A stretch of DNA of 64,000 nt. It comes from Candidatus Helarchaeota archaeon (lineage in GTDB: Archaea; Asgardarchaeota; Lokiarchaeia; Helarchaeales; RDOG01). The notes under the pieces are model-generated. The model saw nothing but the letters and a program-made list of their open reading frames with translations, was not told the DNA's origin and made no database searches. The stretch is from assembly GCA_019058315.1 (NCBI GenBank), contig JAHPZH010000008.1, forward strand, positions 64,001-128,000, written 5' to 3'. Made by a program: the position numbers and the translations under genes. The first letter of the stretch is position 1, and every line of letters begins with the position of its first letter. Positions 18,994-30,000 of this stretch are shown here, in pieces.

Positions 18994-19260
18994 ATGTCGG
19001 ATCAAGGAACAATCTCTTATAACTGGCGAACCGTTATTGTAATTCCTCATAAAAAAGTCTTTGAAAAGATAAAGGAAATGTGTATTCAATTACAAGAAGA
19101 AAAAAAGAATTTTACATATTTTACTCCAAACAAAACAAGAGGTAAAGGTCCTCAATATCAAATCTGGATATATTCAATTAACAAACAACAAGCCTATGAG
19201 CGAGGAGATTTCTTTCATCAGAAATTTGGGGTTCGCTACTATGTTAATCCTAGGAGATAG
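18994..19260 (+). CDS. small hypothetical protein
   Basis: 88-aa ORF with AAGGA upstream. Confidence 0.65.
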   Translation: MSDQGTISYNWRTVIVIPHKKVFEKIKEMCIQLQEEKKNFTYFTPNKTRGKGPQYQIWIYSINKQQAYERGDFFHQKFGVRYYVNPRR

Positions 19261-19391
19261 TTAGGATAATTATATGGTTTTTAAATTATTTAGTTATCCG
19301 ATCAAATACTGATTAATTTTTAATTAACTAGTCTTATTCTTATGTAAACATAGAATAGTTGTTATTTAATCTAAAATTTGGAGTATATTTT

Positions 19392-20744
19392 ATGTGTGAC
19401 ACAATAATAGTATTAGGGAATTCTACAGAAGATGGATCGACTATTTTTGCTAAGAATTCCGATAGAGAGGCTAATGAACCTCATGCAATATGTTATTTAC
19501 CAAGCTCTACTCATAATAATAGTGAACAAATTCAATGTCAATATATTTCAATTCCTCAAGTAAAAGAAACATTTGCAGTTATTCTTTCCAAGCCTGTTTG
19601 GTTAAAAATTGGTTGCGAGATGGGTGCAAATGAATTTGGTGTTGTCATGGGAAATGAAGCTGTTTTTACCAAAGAGAAATATGAAGAAGAGGGTTTACTA
19701 GGAATGGACCTTATGACAATTTCTTTACAAAGATCAAAAACAGCCAAAGAAGCTTTGGAGATAGTTACTGATTTACTTGAAAAATATGGACAGGGAGGAT
19801 CAGGACATCCATTTGATCCGAATTATATTTATCATAATTCTTTTATTATAGCTGATCTTAATGAAGCATGGATTTTAGAAACTGCAAATAAGTTTTGGGT
19901 TGCAAAGAAAGTCGATAATATCGGAACAATTTCAAACGGTTTAACAATTGAGGATAATTGGAACCGTGCTTCATCGGGTCTTATAGAAAATGCAATTAAA
20001 AAAGGTTGGTGTGAATCAAAATCGGATTTTAATTTTAGTAAATGCTATTCAGACCCAGAATTACGAATCATAACAAATTGTATAGAACGTCAATCCAGAA
20101 CTATTAATCTATTGTTTGATAAAAAAGGTCAAGTAAAAGTAACTGATATAATGGAAATTTTAAGAGATCATGGTTTAAAATTCAAAGAAAAACCATTTCA
20201 ACCTTCAAAAGGCACAATGTCGAGTGTTTGTATGCATTTGAATTCTAAAGCTATTTCACAGACTACAGCGAGTTATGTTGCTCATTTAGCAAAAGATATT
20301 CATGTCCATTGGTTGACAGGTACTTCCGCTCCATGTTTGAGCATATTTAAACCTTTCTTCTTCGAAAATCCTGAAGCATTAAAAAATATAAAGGTTCCAT
20401 CTTTAAAAAATGATAATAAATCTCTTTGGTGGAGACATGAAATACTTCATAGAGAGGCTATACTTGATTATCAAAAAAGAGCACCAATTATAGTTAAAAA
20501 TAGTCAAGAATTAGAACAAGAATTAATTAATGAAGTTAATGACGTATTGAACAAATCAGATTCAATTAATAAAGAGGAATTTAAAATTAAATTAAATGAA
20601 ATCAGTACTAAAGCATTGGATCAGAATTTTTCTTTAATTAAAAGTGTATATGAAACCATTTCAAAAATGGAGATCGAAAAATCGGCTCCAAAAAGTTATA
20701 TAAAATTCTGGAAAAAACTGAACGCCGAAGTTAATATAAATTAA
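19392..20744 (+). CDS. peptidase C69 / secernin-like Ntn-hydrolase
   Basis: MCDT N-terminal nucleophile Cys, FAKNSDR, EMGANEFGV, NEAV, GMDL. True start is ATG 19392. Confidence 0.9.
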   Translation: MCDTIIVLGNSTEDGSTIFAKNSDREANEPHAICYLPSSTHNNSEQIQCQYISIPQVKETFAVILSKPVWLKIGCEMGANEFGVVMGNEAVFTKEKYEEEGLLGMDLMTISLQRSKTAKEALEIVTDLLEKYGQGGSGHPFDPNYIYHNSFIIADLNEAWILETANKFWVAKKVDNIGTISNGLTIEDNWNRASSGLIENAIKKGWCESKSDFNFSKCYSDPELRIITNCIERQSRTINLLFDKKGQVKVTDIMEILRDHGLKFKEKPFQPSKGTMSSVCMHLNSKAISQTTASYVAHLAKDIHVHWLTGTSAPCLSIFKPFFFENPEALKNIKVPSLKNDNKSLWWRHEILHREAILDYQKRAPIIVKNSQELEQELINEVNDVLNKSDSINKEEFKIKLNEISTKALDQNFSLIKSVYETISKMEIEKSAPKSYIKFWKKLNAEVNIN

Positions 20745-20764
20745 TCTAAAATATTTACCAGAAA

Positions 20765-21970
20765 TTAACTACTTAACATTATATTCTTAATTCTTTTTAG
20801 TTCACTCAACATTGCTTCGCGTAGCATTAAATATGATTCCTCTTCTTCAGAATTGTACGATTTGCTTTCACCTTCTTTTTGGTTCAGCAAATCTTGCATC
20901 TTAACATATGTTGAAGCAGGAATACGTCCCTCAAATAATTGAGTCTTAAGAACTTTTAATCTTTGTTGTATCTCAAAATGAGTTAAATTAACATAAATCT
21001 CTTCTTCCTCTGGTTCGGGTATTTCTGGAATTATAGGTTCAAGTTTTACTGGATGAATAATTTCTGGACATTTTTGCACCTGTCTCATTTGGTTAAGAAC
21101 ATGTTCTGGGAGGTCTCCTTCTATTATAGCAAAAATTTTAGAGAGGATCAATAATTTATCTTGTTCGATAAATAAATTATTCCAACCATAAGAGTCTGAT
21201 ACAATGCACAATGCTTTTTTAGGAATAATAGGTTTATTTTGGCAATTTTCAAAATTTTCGCAATTTTCACACATTAAGGATTCATAGATTACAGATCCAT
21301 TGATAATATCGACAGTGAATAAACCATACTTATTCAAGATTTTGATATTATTATCTACAATTTTTAAGCCCATTTGATTTAAGACATCATAGAAATTTTC
21401 ATACCCTTGTTGTTTTAAATCATAGTATCTTTGGAATTGCTCTCTAATTTTAGTGGTAATTAAATCTGAGGATTCTTGAATCATATTAAGTGATATTTCT
21501 GCCAAGTAACCCAGAATTTCTTTTTGAAAATATAATCTATTTTCAAAATCAAAATAAAAAATATAATCTTCTTTACTAAATTCTTCAATAATTTCGTTAT
21601 TTGATGAATTATCCGAATTTAAACCTATAAGGAAAATAGGAATAGGTCCAATTGAATTATATATTTCATCAAGGATTTCGGTGAGAAAAGGAGAAATTGT
21701 TTTTGGATTATTATAATCAAAGAACACAACGACACTAGAGGTGCCACGATAGAAACTTGAGCGGAAAAATCTCAATCTCTCTTCCATAGATATATCCCAA
21801 AAGCTGAAATCTACTTTATAACCATTTAAATTAACGTGTGTTAAGAGTATATCTAACCCAATGGTGTTTTTATATGATTTATTAAATCCGCGTTTTAGGA
21901 TGTCCCCTGTAAAATCCAGTTTTAATGCTGGATGATAAAACAGTAGTGATTTAAGCTTATATGAGACTAT
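20765..21970 (-). CDS. degenerate Rab-like small-GTPase domain fused to a Cys-rich domain and a SHOCT-like tail
   Basis: Frame stays open 61 codons above the tracked Met, to an ATA preceded by GGGGGT. It encodes YKLKSLLF...FNKSYKNTIGLD...FSFWDISMEERLRFFRSSFYRGTSSVVVFFD...PIFLIG. Confidence 0.8.
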   Translation of the reverse strand: MVSYKLKSLLFYHPALKLDFTGDILKRGFNKSYKNTIGLDILLTHVNLNGYKVDFSFWDISMEERLRFFRSSFYRGTSSVVVFFDYNNPKTISPFLTEILDEIYNSIGPIPIFLIGLNSDNSSNNEIIEEFSKEDYIFYFDFENRLYFQKEILGYLAEISLNMIQESSDLITTKIREQFQRYYDLKQQGYENFYDVLNQMGLKIVDNNIKILNKYGLFTVDIINGSVIYESLMCENCENFENCQNKPIIPKKALCIVSDSYGWNNLFIEQDKLLILSKIFAIIEGDLPEHVLNQMRQVQKCPEIIHPVKLEPIIPEIPEPEEEEIYVNLTHFEIQQRLKVLKTQLFEGRIPASTYVKMQDLLNQKEGESKSYNSEEEESYLMLREAMLSELKRIKNIMLSS

Positions 21971-22027
21971 TGAACCCCCCTTTAATATTTAAAAAGACAG
22001 TTTTTTGACTTAGGGCTAAAACTAAAT

Positions 22028-22222
22028 TCAGCCCCCTTTAATTTTTGGGAGAACTAAGATTTTATCTTCAGGCACTAATACTTGATTAATTTCGGCTTTT
22101 TTACCATTTACTAGTACAGCGAAAAAATTATCCTTAAGGTTTAATTCTTTTAGTAAATCACTTACGGTCTTTTTTTTCTTAACTTGAATAGTTTTGTATA
22201 TTAAATTGGTGGATTTTGACAT
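22028..22222 (-). CDS. ThiS/MoaD/SAMP-family ubiquitin-like protein
   Basis: TVSDLLKEL...AVLVNG...DKILVLPKIKGG with C-terminal GG. Confidence 0.9.
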   Translation of the reverse strand: MSKSTNLIYKTIQVKKKKTVSDLLKELNLKDNFFAVLVNGKKAEINQVLVPEDKILVLPKIKGG

Positions 22223-22380
22223 TTTTCAACCACATTTACTTCTTTTCCAATTAAAAAAGGTGAAGATAACTATTTAATATTTACTACTTTTCGAATATTA
22301 TATGATTATAAGTCTTTTTCATATAGAATTTACATTAAAAATTCTCTAAATACTAATTTCATACAATTATATAAATTTTT

Positions 22381-22406
22381 TAATTTCATCTCATTGAGAT
22401 AAATTA
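22381..22406. promoter_or_regulatory. palindromic operator candidate TAATTT-C-ATCTCA-T-TGAGAT-AAATTA
   Basis: Inverted repeat in the divergent intergenic region, about 50 bp before the HTH gene. Confidence 0.55.
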
Positions 22407-22453
22407 ATATCCAATTAATTACACTTTAAGCATAAAAGATTTTATAAAATTTT

Positions 22454-23410
22454 GTGTTCAAGATGGCAACTTCTGATATAGAATTAAAAAACAGATTAAA
22501 ACTTATTCATAACAAAACCCTTTGTGATTTGTTAAGATTATTCAATTCAGAACCACAGAGGGAATATTCTATTGAAGAATTAAAAGAAAGATCAAATCTC
22601 AATAGTTCTACTTTATTTAATTCACTCAAAAAATTGAGAAAAATAGGTTATATTGAACAACTTGTCAGAGGTCATTATAAAATCAATTATATTGTTGGTC
22701 CTTCTCTTATAAAAATGTTAGACGAACTTGAAAAGAATAAACTACCAAATATACCATTAAATCATCGTAATGGCAATTTTCTTTCCTTATTAAGACGTTT
22801 TAAAAATCCTGATATTGTCTTTTCTAAATTATTAACAACATATAGAACAATAAAAATCTCAGATTTAATTGATGCAGGAGTATCAAGAGCGACAGCATTT
22901 CGTATTTTAAAAGAATTAACACATCTTGGTCTTTTAATAAAAGATGAGAAAGAAAAAAACTGGAAATTCTCACCAAGTCTAGATTTCTTAAGAAAGATCA
23001 TTGTTCAAGAAATAACTCAAATCCCTGGGAAAATATTAAATATTTTTCATAATCTTAAAAAGAATTTACCCGAATTTACTGAATACCAAGGTTCTATTAT
23101 CTGTTCCATTGAAGGGTTCCCTATTTTTGTTCATTCAATTGAAAAGAAAATTAGTGACTTCTCAGCTTGGATCTCAGCTCAGATGAATGTCGCAACCCAA
23201 CAATGTGCAGTTGTTGATTATGATCTTGAATTTTTTATTAATTTTACAGAAAGAGGTTTGATATTTGCTTATCCTTTAAAGAAAATTACTTTAGCAATAG
23301 TTCTTCATACTGAAAATAAATTCAAGGATTTTCAAAAATTAATTAAAATTTTAAATAATACCGCAAGAAAAATAGATATAGAAGCTGAAAAATTAAAAAT
23401 TGAATTATAA
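22454..23410 (+). CDS. double winged-HTH regulator fused to a C-terminal roadblock/LC7 domain
   Basis: SSTLFNSLKKLRKIGYI and GVSRATAFRILKELTHLGLL HTHs; GSIICSIEGFPI...SAWISA...ERGLIFAYPL roadblock pattern. Start may be ATG 22463. Confidence 0.8.
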   Translation: MFKMATSDIELKNRLKLIHNKTLCDLLRLFNSEPQREYSIEELKERSNLNSSTLFNSLKKLRKIGYIEQLVRGHYKINYIVGPSLIKMLDELEKNKLPNIPLNHRNGNFLSLLRRFKNPDIVFSKLLTTYRTIKISDLIDAGVSRATAFRILKELTHLGLLIKDEKEKNWKFSPSLDFLRKIIVQEITQIPGKILNIFHNLKKNLPEFTEYQGSIICSIEGFPIFVHSIEKKISDFSAWISAQMNVATQQCAVVDYDLEFFINFTERGLIFAYPLKKITLAIVLHTENKFKDFQKLIKILNNTARKIDIEAEKLKIEL

Positions 23411-23446
23411 AATAAATAATTTCTTATTAAACTAAAATATTTAAAA

Positions 23447-24961
23447 TTATTTGAGTTTCTTTTTCTTTTCTAAGTGTTCACTATATTCAACAATCTTTAC
23501 AAGCAACCTTGCAGCATCATAAGATGAATTTAATATCAAAACACCACTTTCATATGTCTTCTTTACGATTTCGGGCTCCGAAGGCAAGTCAGCATGATAT
23601 AAACTAGTTGGACAAACGATAGTTTTATTTGAATGTTTTGCTATACGCTTTAAAGAACCAACCATTGTATCTTCAAATGCTTCGAGAACATCAGGTCTAA
23701 AAAGATTCTTAGGTAATTGTTTTAGAATTGATTGAATATCAGATTGTTTTAACTGAGAAGAAATACCTAAAGGAAGACTTGCTATGATAATATCGATTTC
23801 TGGAGCTTCCGACAAGATTTTAAGAACTTGTGTAAAGGCACCTAAATTTCTAGTGGCTACCAAATCAACAGGATTACTTTTCGGCCAATATGGAGGAAGC
23901 AATTTATCCAATTTTTCAATAGTTTCATCAGATAATTTTGCAATTTCTAATCCAGCTTCTGCACAAAAATCAGCTGTTAATACACCAGCCCCTCCACCTC
24001 CAGAATAAATGGCAGTTCGTCTGCTCTTCGGCATTTTATTTTTCATAAGAACTGAAAATGCACGGCCTAAATCTACTAAATCTGTTGAGTTATCTGCTTG
24101 TATTATACCATATTGTTTGAAAAGAGAATCATAAATTTTTCTTGAGCCAGCTATGGACCCTGTATGTGAACTAGCTGCTTTTGATCCAGCTAATGTTTTC
24201 CCACCTTTCAGAACTATTATAGGTTTATTTATTTCGGCTGCGATTTTCTTAAATTTCTTCCCATTTCTAAGACCTTCCATAAAACAGAGAATAATATCTG
24301 TGTCATTATCATAGAGTCCAAAATATTCTACAAAATCCTCTAATTTTAGATCAGCTTCATTTCCGTTTGAAACTAATTTTGAGAATCCCAAGCCGTGTAT
24401 ACTAGCACTTCGCATTGTAACCACACCCCATGTCCCTGATTGTGATGTGATACTTACCTTTAAATTATCATTAGCTTGCTTAGTGGGTAACACTGCCCAT
24501 CCCATTAAAGCCAAAAGCCGTGTTTGCGTAGATGCAACACCCATACAATTTGGACCAACCAATCTTGTATTGCCTTTTTTGGCAATTTTGAGCAATTCAT
24601 TTTGTAAATCTATTCCTTTTTTATTAAAAGGACCTATCTCTTTAAATCCTGCAGTGATAATAACGACAAATTTGACATTTTCTTCAACACATTCCTCAAG
24701 TACTTCAGGGACTTTTATATTCGGAACTGTAATTAAAGATAAATCAATAGATTCCGGAACTTTTTTAATAGATTTATATGATTGGTGATCTAGTATAATA
24801 TCACCCTTAGGATTTACTGGAAAAATCTTACCAATATAACCACCTAAAAGCATATTTGTTAGAACTTGCCCACCCACTTTAGTTTGGTTTTTACTTGCCC
24901 CAATGATTGCAACACTTTTTGGGTTAAATAATGAATGTAATTCTTCTGGATTATAATCCAT
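23447..24961 (-). CDS. acdA: acyl-CoA synthetase (ADP-forming) alpha subunit
   Basis: FNPKSVAIIGAS, GPNCMG, SQSG, GNEADL, phospho-His motif ASSHTGSIAG, NPVDL. Confidence 0.9.
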   Translation of the reverse strand: MDYNPEELHSLFNPKSVAIIGASKNQTKVGGQVLTNMLLGGYIGKIFPVNPKGDIILDHQSYKSIKKVPESIDLSLITVPNIKVPEVLEECVEENVKFVVIITAGFKEIGPFNKKGIDLQNELLKIAKKGNTRLVGPNCMGVASTQTRLLALMGWAVLPTKQANDNLKVSITSQSGTWGVVTMRSASIHGLGFSKLVSNGNEADLKLEDFVEYFGLYDNDTDIILCFMEGLRNGKKFKKIAAEINKPIIVLKGGKTLAGSKAASSHTGSIAGSRKIYDSLFKQYGIIQADNSTDLVDLGRAFSVLMKNKMPKSRRTAIYSGGGGAGVLTADFCAEAGLEIAKLSDETIEKLDKLLPPYWPKSNPVDLVATRNLGAFTQVLKILSEAPEIDIIIASLPLGISSQLKQSDIQSILKQLPKNLFRPDVLEAFEDTMVGSLKRIAKHSNKTIVCPTSLYHADLPSEPEIVKKTYESGVLILNSSYDAARLLVKIVEYSEHLEKKKKLK

Positions 24962-25026
24962 TTTTTTTCAATCCAAAATATTTAGCTTTGATTAACTTAT
25001 TTTTATTCTAATAGCGGTTATTTACA

Positions 25027-25039
25027 ATGACCTTGTCAT
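25027..25039. promoter_or_regulatory. short inverted repeat ATGAC-CTT-GTCAT between divergent acdA and MFS genes
   Basis: 5-3-5 palindrome about 65 bp upstream of acdA. Confidence 0.3.
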
Positions 25040-25198
25040 ATATTCAATTATCGTTATGATCGCTCAAATTTTCTTAAAGTTTTCGTTAACGGAGAGTAAA
25101 AGTTTGTCTTTCTAATATTAGACAAATTAATTTAAATACTTCAATTTATACAAAATTTTAACTTCTAATTAGTTTAAATCTTAAAAAAGGAGAATAAA

Positions 25199-26491
25199 TT
25201 GACTTCAAAAGAAACGACTACAAGTTATCGATGGATAATTATAGCAGTTCTTTGGATATGGAATTTTTTTGGAACTGGTGCTTGGTTATTTATAATTTCT
25301 ATTATTGGTTTAATAAAGTTTGGACCGTTTGATGTTGGCGGTTTAGGAACTGGGGAAGGAGCATTAATAGTTATACTACCTTTTGCTAGTATTATACCTT
25401 TATCATTCATTGCAGGACCAATTATTGATAAAGTCGGAGTAAAAAAAATTGGTATAATTGGAATTCTAATTTTCACTGTTTTTTCAGTATTAAGAGGATT
25501 AAGTGACAGTTTTTCGGCTCTTGCAATATTTACAATCTGTATGGGTGCAGGGTTGGGATTGACATATCCTCTCCCCTCAAAATTAATTGGTTATTGGTTT
25601 GAAGAAAAAGAAATTGGAACTGCAAGTGGACTAAATGTTATGGCATCGGGTCTTGGAATTTTTTTCTTTGAAGCAATAACTTTACCAATACTATTACCAT
25701 TAGTTAGGCATTGGAGAAATACATTCCTTTTCTATGGAATTTTAACCTCAATAGTATTTATATCGTGGATTATATTAATTAAAGATTTTCCTGAGGGACA
25801 ATTAAAAGTAGAAGAAGAACGAGCCCCAATTCGAGAAGCACTATCAGTTAGCCTTAAAAATAAAAAAGTATGGTATCTTATAATAATCAATATTGCTGTT
25901 GTACTGTGTTATTTTGTAGGAAAAAATGCTTATAGGCTACTTTTCCCCTTAAGAACGGGAGAAAATTCATTTCTTCATAATATAATTCGAATTTATTATT
26001 GGTATATCGACTTTGGAGAACCACATATTGCTGTATTTATAATTGCTTTTATATCATTAGGTGCTATGTGCTCTAATTTAATCATTCCTATGATCTCAGA
26101 TAGAGTGGGAAAAAGAAAAATTTTTCTAATCTCAGCTCTTATTTTGATGAGTATTACAGTAGTAACTACAGGAATCCTAGAGGGCTTATTTTTATGGATT
26201 TCGGCATTCTTAATAGGGTTCTCTGTTGGAATACTTGCTTCCCTTATTCCAACTTGTATAATTGAAAATGTTGACGCAAAATATATTGGGACTAGTATGG
26301 GGTTAACTAATAGTATTGCTAACTCATTTGTACTTGTCTTAACTCTTATGCTTCCGTTATTAATTTCAGATAGATACAATCCAATTTCTTATTTACCTTT
26401 ACTTATAGCCTTTGGAATAATTTCTATAATTAGTGTATTTTTCGCCCAAAAATTACCAGAAACGGGTGGAAAAATAAAAAGGGTTCACTAA
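25199..26491 (+). CDS. MFS transporter
   Basis: About 12 TM; GPIIDKVGVK and ISDRVGKRK loop motifs. Confidence 0.9.
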   Translation: MTSKETTTSYRWIIIAVLWIWNFFGTGAWLFIISIIGLIKFGPFDVGGLGTGEGALIVILPFASIIPLSFIAGPIIDKVGVKKIGIIGILIFTVFSVLRGLSDSFSALAIFTICMGAGLGLTYPLPSKLIGYWFEEKEIGTASGLNVMASGLGIFFFEAITLPILLPLVRHWRNTFLFYGILTSIVFISWIILIKDFPEGQLKVEEERAPIREALSVSLKNKKVWYLIIINIAVVLCYFVGKNAYRLLFPLRTGENSFLHNIIRIYYWYIDFGEPHIAVFIIAFISLGAMCSNLIIPMISDRVGKRKIFLISALILMSITVVTTGILEGLFLWISAFLIGFSVGILASLIPTCIIENVDAKYIGTSMGLTNSIANSFVLVLTLMLPLLISDRYNPISYLPLLIAFGIISIISVFFAQKLPETGGKIKRVH

Positions 26492-27088
26492 TATTCCAAA
26501 ATAGTCTTTAAGCCTAAATCCCTAAATTAAATTAATTTATTATTATTGAAAAAAATTTAAATTAATAAATATCTTGTAATTTTTGTCATATTAAAGAAAA
26601 CTCTTTTTAATTTCTTCAATTTTTCTTAGTTCAACTTTTATATATGGGTTTTTTTAGTTCTTCCTTTATAAAGAAATATATTAAATTTTTAAATTTTAAA
26701 GCGAAAAATGCAATTCAGAGTGTATAGGGGAAATGTGGGGATAGACCATAACTGAAAATAAAGAGTTAAAATTTATATTCTCTTGTTTTTCTTAATTTTA
26801 TTCAAAAAAAGCAATTTTTCTTTATTATTACAAATTTAATATTCTAATTTTTTAATGCTCTTTGAGAGTTAGTAAGATAAATTTAAGGATATTTAATTTT
26901 AATATTTTCAATTAATCGGTAAAAATTGCTCCTCTTTTTAATTTAAACAAAAAAATATAGATTTTATATGTAAGATAATTTTTGATTTTTACTATAGCAT
27001 ACTCTGGAATCTAGGGATTGAAACACATTAATCCAGTGGAGGCTAAAAATAGAGAAGGATTTTAAAAAATAGACTGTTGTGAGAAGTT

Positions 27089-30000
27089 ATGAAGAATAAT
27101 AAATACAAAAAATTAATTTTAATTAGTTCTCTAATTATTCTTATATTTATTCCAATTATTAATTCTTATATTTATAACTCTCTGGGATGGGAAAATATCA
27201 AAAATTATCAGAGTGGGAAGAAGGATCTAGATATATTTCATAATCATGGAATTGAAGGAAATTCTGAATTATGGAATTATACAACAGCAGATAGCGTTAT
27301 TTTTAACGAGCCAAATTTAACCAGGGTAGGTTACCCTCTAATCATAAGAATGATAGATAATCCGTATGTATACAATGCATTACAAGGATTGAATGAAAGT
27401 TTCATTAGAATTTTATATTATAATGTCTCGAACCAATGGGTTGAAGTACCATTCCAAATAGATGAGAAGGGATGGCCTCTTATATGGGCAGATGGAGATT
27501 ATAACATCGGAACATATGATCCTGTTCTTAGAATTAAGCATACTTATGTTTCTAAAAATGGAACGTATAATTATGAACCAAGCAATGGGAATGATACACA
27601 AGTGCCATATGCCATTGATTATGATGATGAAATTTGTTTTTATGTTGAAAATGGACAATGGGTTTCAAATCAAACATGGTGGAATCATGAAAATTTTCCT
27701 TATAGATTAGCCGTTAATATCACGGATCCCGTTGATGGAGGGCAATCTTTCATGTATATTTATTATAATAATCATACACCTCAAGTAAGCCCAGAATATG
27801 AAAGTTATGTGAATTGGGATTCTGAAACCTTAACTATCACTACTCAAATTTATCAAAAACGGTTCAAAAATGATGATCCTGATATTATGAACCTATTAAG
27901 AATATTGGCTCCGGGTTCTGATGGAAAGAATATCATAGAGGAAATGGATAATTCCTTTGCGGGGATTCATGTAAGAGTTGTAGGTCCTTTAGGTATAAAT
28001 TTTTATGGTGATATGGATTGGATGACCCATGGTTCTTGGAATGAAACTTATTATGATGATAGTGCTTGTGGAATTGACAACCCTAATGAAGAAACAGAAC
28101 AGTTAGCCCAACCCGATCCTGGTAACATACCGAGTTGGAATGAATGGGATACCCAAGGAGATCATTTAGCAGTTGTAAATGGTCCTATTCGTGTAATTTT
28201 ATTAAAACAAAGATATACACATGGGATGGTTAGTCTTGGTGGGTTGGCGGGAAACCAACATATTTATACTTATGATCTACTTTCACACATTTTTTATAAC
28301 AATATGGAACAAGATGATAAGGGTTCAATGAAAATAATTGTCCCTACAGCACCAGTAGGTACGGCTTATATAGACAATACTTGTTTAATAATTGAAACTA
28401 TAGGATTTAATGTTTCTCTGAGAGAGGATTTTGCTAACGTTTTAGGTGGTAATCCAGGCGGATATCCAGGTTATAATGAGACAGAAGACTGGAATCCGGA
28501 TTATCCTAATAACGTTACTGATAGTCAAAAATATTTGTATTTTAATGGAAATGATATAGATGATGATTTGAAAAATGGAGGAGATCCGACAACTGATCCT
28601 CCCACTCCTCCACCTATTGATAATGAGGGATTATCGGACTGGACTATAACATGCTCAGAAACACATGGGGGAATGTGGATGTATATACCAAGAAAAGAGT
28701 TTTTAACCGCTATTGAACCATATAGAGCTGGTGGTGCACGAGAATATATGTATTATCAAGATGATGTTTCTAGTTCTGAAATTGGTTATGGTGTTTTTAA
28801 TCTTAATGCTCAGCAAGGAGATATAATAGCGACAGATCCTTATTATATACGATATGTTTACGGCATATTTGATAATGTTTCAAATGTTGAACGGGCAAAG
28901 CTCGAATATAGAAGATATAAAACAGATTTAAGTAATCCAGATGTCAGTCCTATTTGTTATCAAGAACAGACTTGCATTCAAAATCATACTGGAACTATAG
29001 AACTAGATGCTGAAACTTATTATGGAACTGCAGCAGTTGCTGAAATAACTTTGATAGACCAAGATCTGGATACCACAGATAATGTGAATACTGCATATGT
29101 AAATGTCACAAGTTCCAGAGATCAGTGGGGAATTAGAGTGTTTTTGACTGAGACAGGACCAAATACAGGGATTTTTAAAGGAATTGTCATGTTCAGTACG
29201 ACTGGAAGCGATGATCCTAGTGATATAATCTGGGTTAAAGACGGAGATACAATCATTGTCCGTTATGATGATGAACATACTATGACTGGAGATCCGGCTA
29301 GTTTGACAGATACTGCCATTTGGATTGGAACTTATACAGGGACAATTGAGCTTAATAAGGCTGAATATATTGATGATGAAATTCCAATCGTTACTATTAT
29401 TGATCCTGATTTAAATCAGAATCCAAATATTAAAGAAACTGTGAGTATTTCTGTAATTAGTGATAGTGATCCTATAGGTATTTCAGTAATTTTGACAGAA
29501 ACTGAAAAGAATAACGGAGGATTTGAAGGATATTTCAGCTTTAATAGATTTCTTAGTAATGATACTTTAGATCAGATTTATATTTTTGATGAAGACAATG
29601 TAATTGTAACTTATTATGATCAACACTCTTTAACTGGGGCTCAACTTAATATCACAGATACAGCTACTTGGCATGCAACTCATAGTGGGACTATAGAGTT
29701 AGATAAAGAGATTTATTACGGGACGGGAGCGGTTGCCATGGTTACAATTAACGATACCGATTTAAATACGAATATTAATCTTAAAGAAACAGTTTCCTTA
29801 AGAGTTTGGAGCGACACTGTTTTAAGTTACTTAGAACCCGGAATATTCGTGAATTGCTTAGAAACTGGAATAACTACAGGAATATTTATTGGTTATTTCA
29901 CTTTCAGCACTGTTGAAAGCGATGATATTTTAGATAAAATTTGGGTTGATGACGGTGATACAATTTACGTTGGAATGGATAATTATTTATGTGTATATCC

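Noticed and set aside
19359-19391. TTG extension of the C69 peptidase
   Set aside because: The Ntn nucleophile Cys should follow the initiator Met at 19392.
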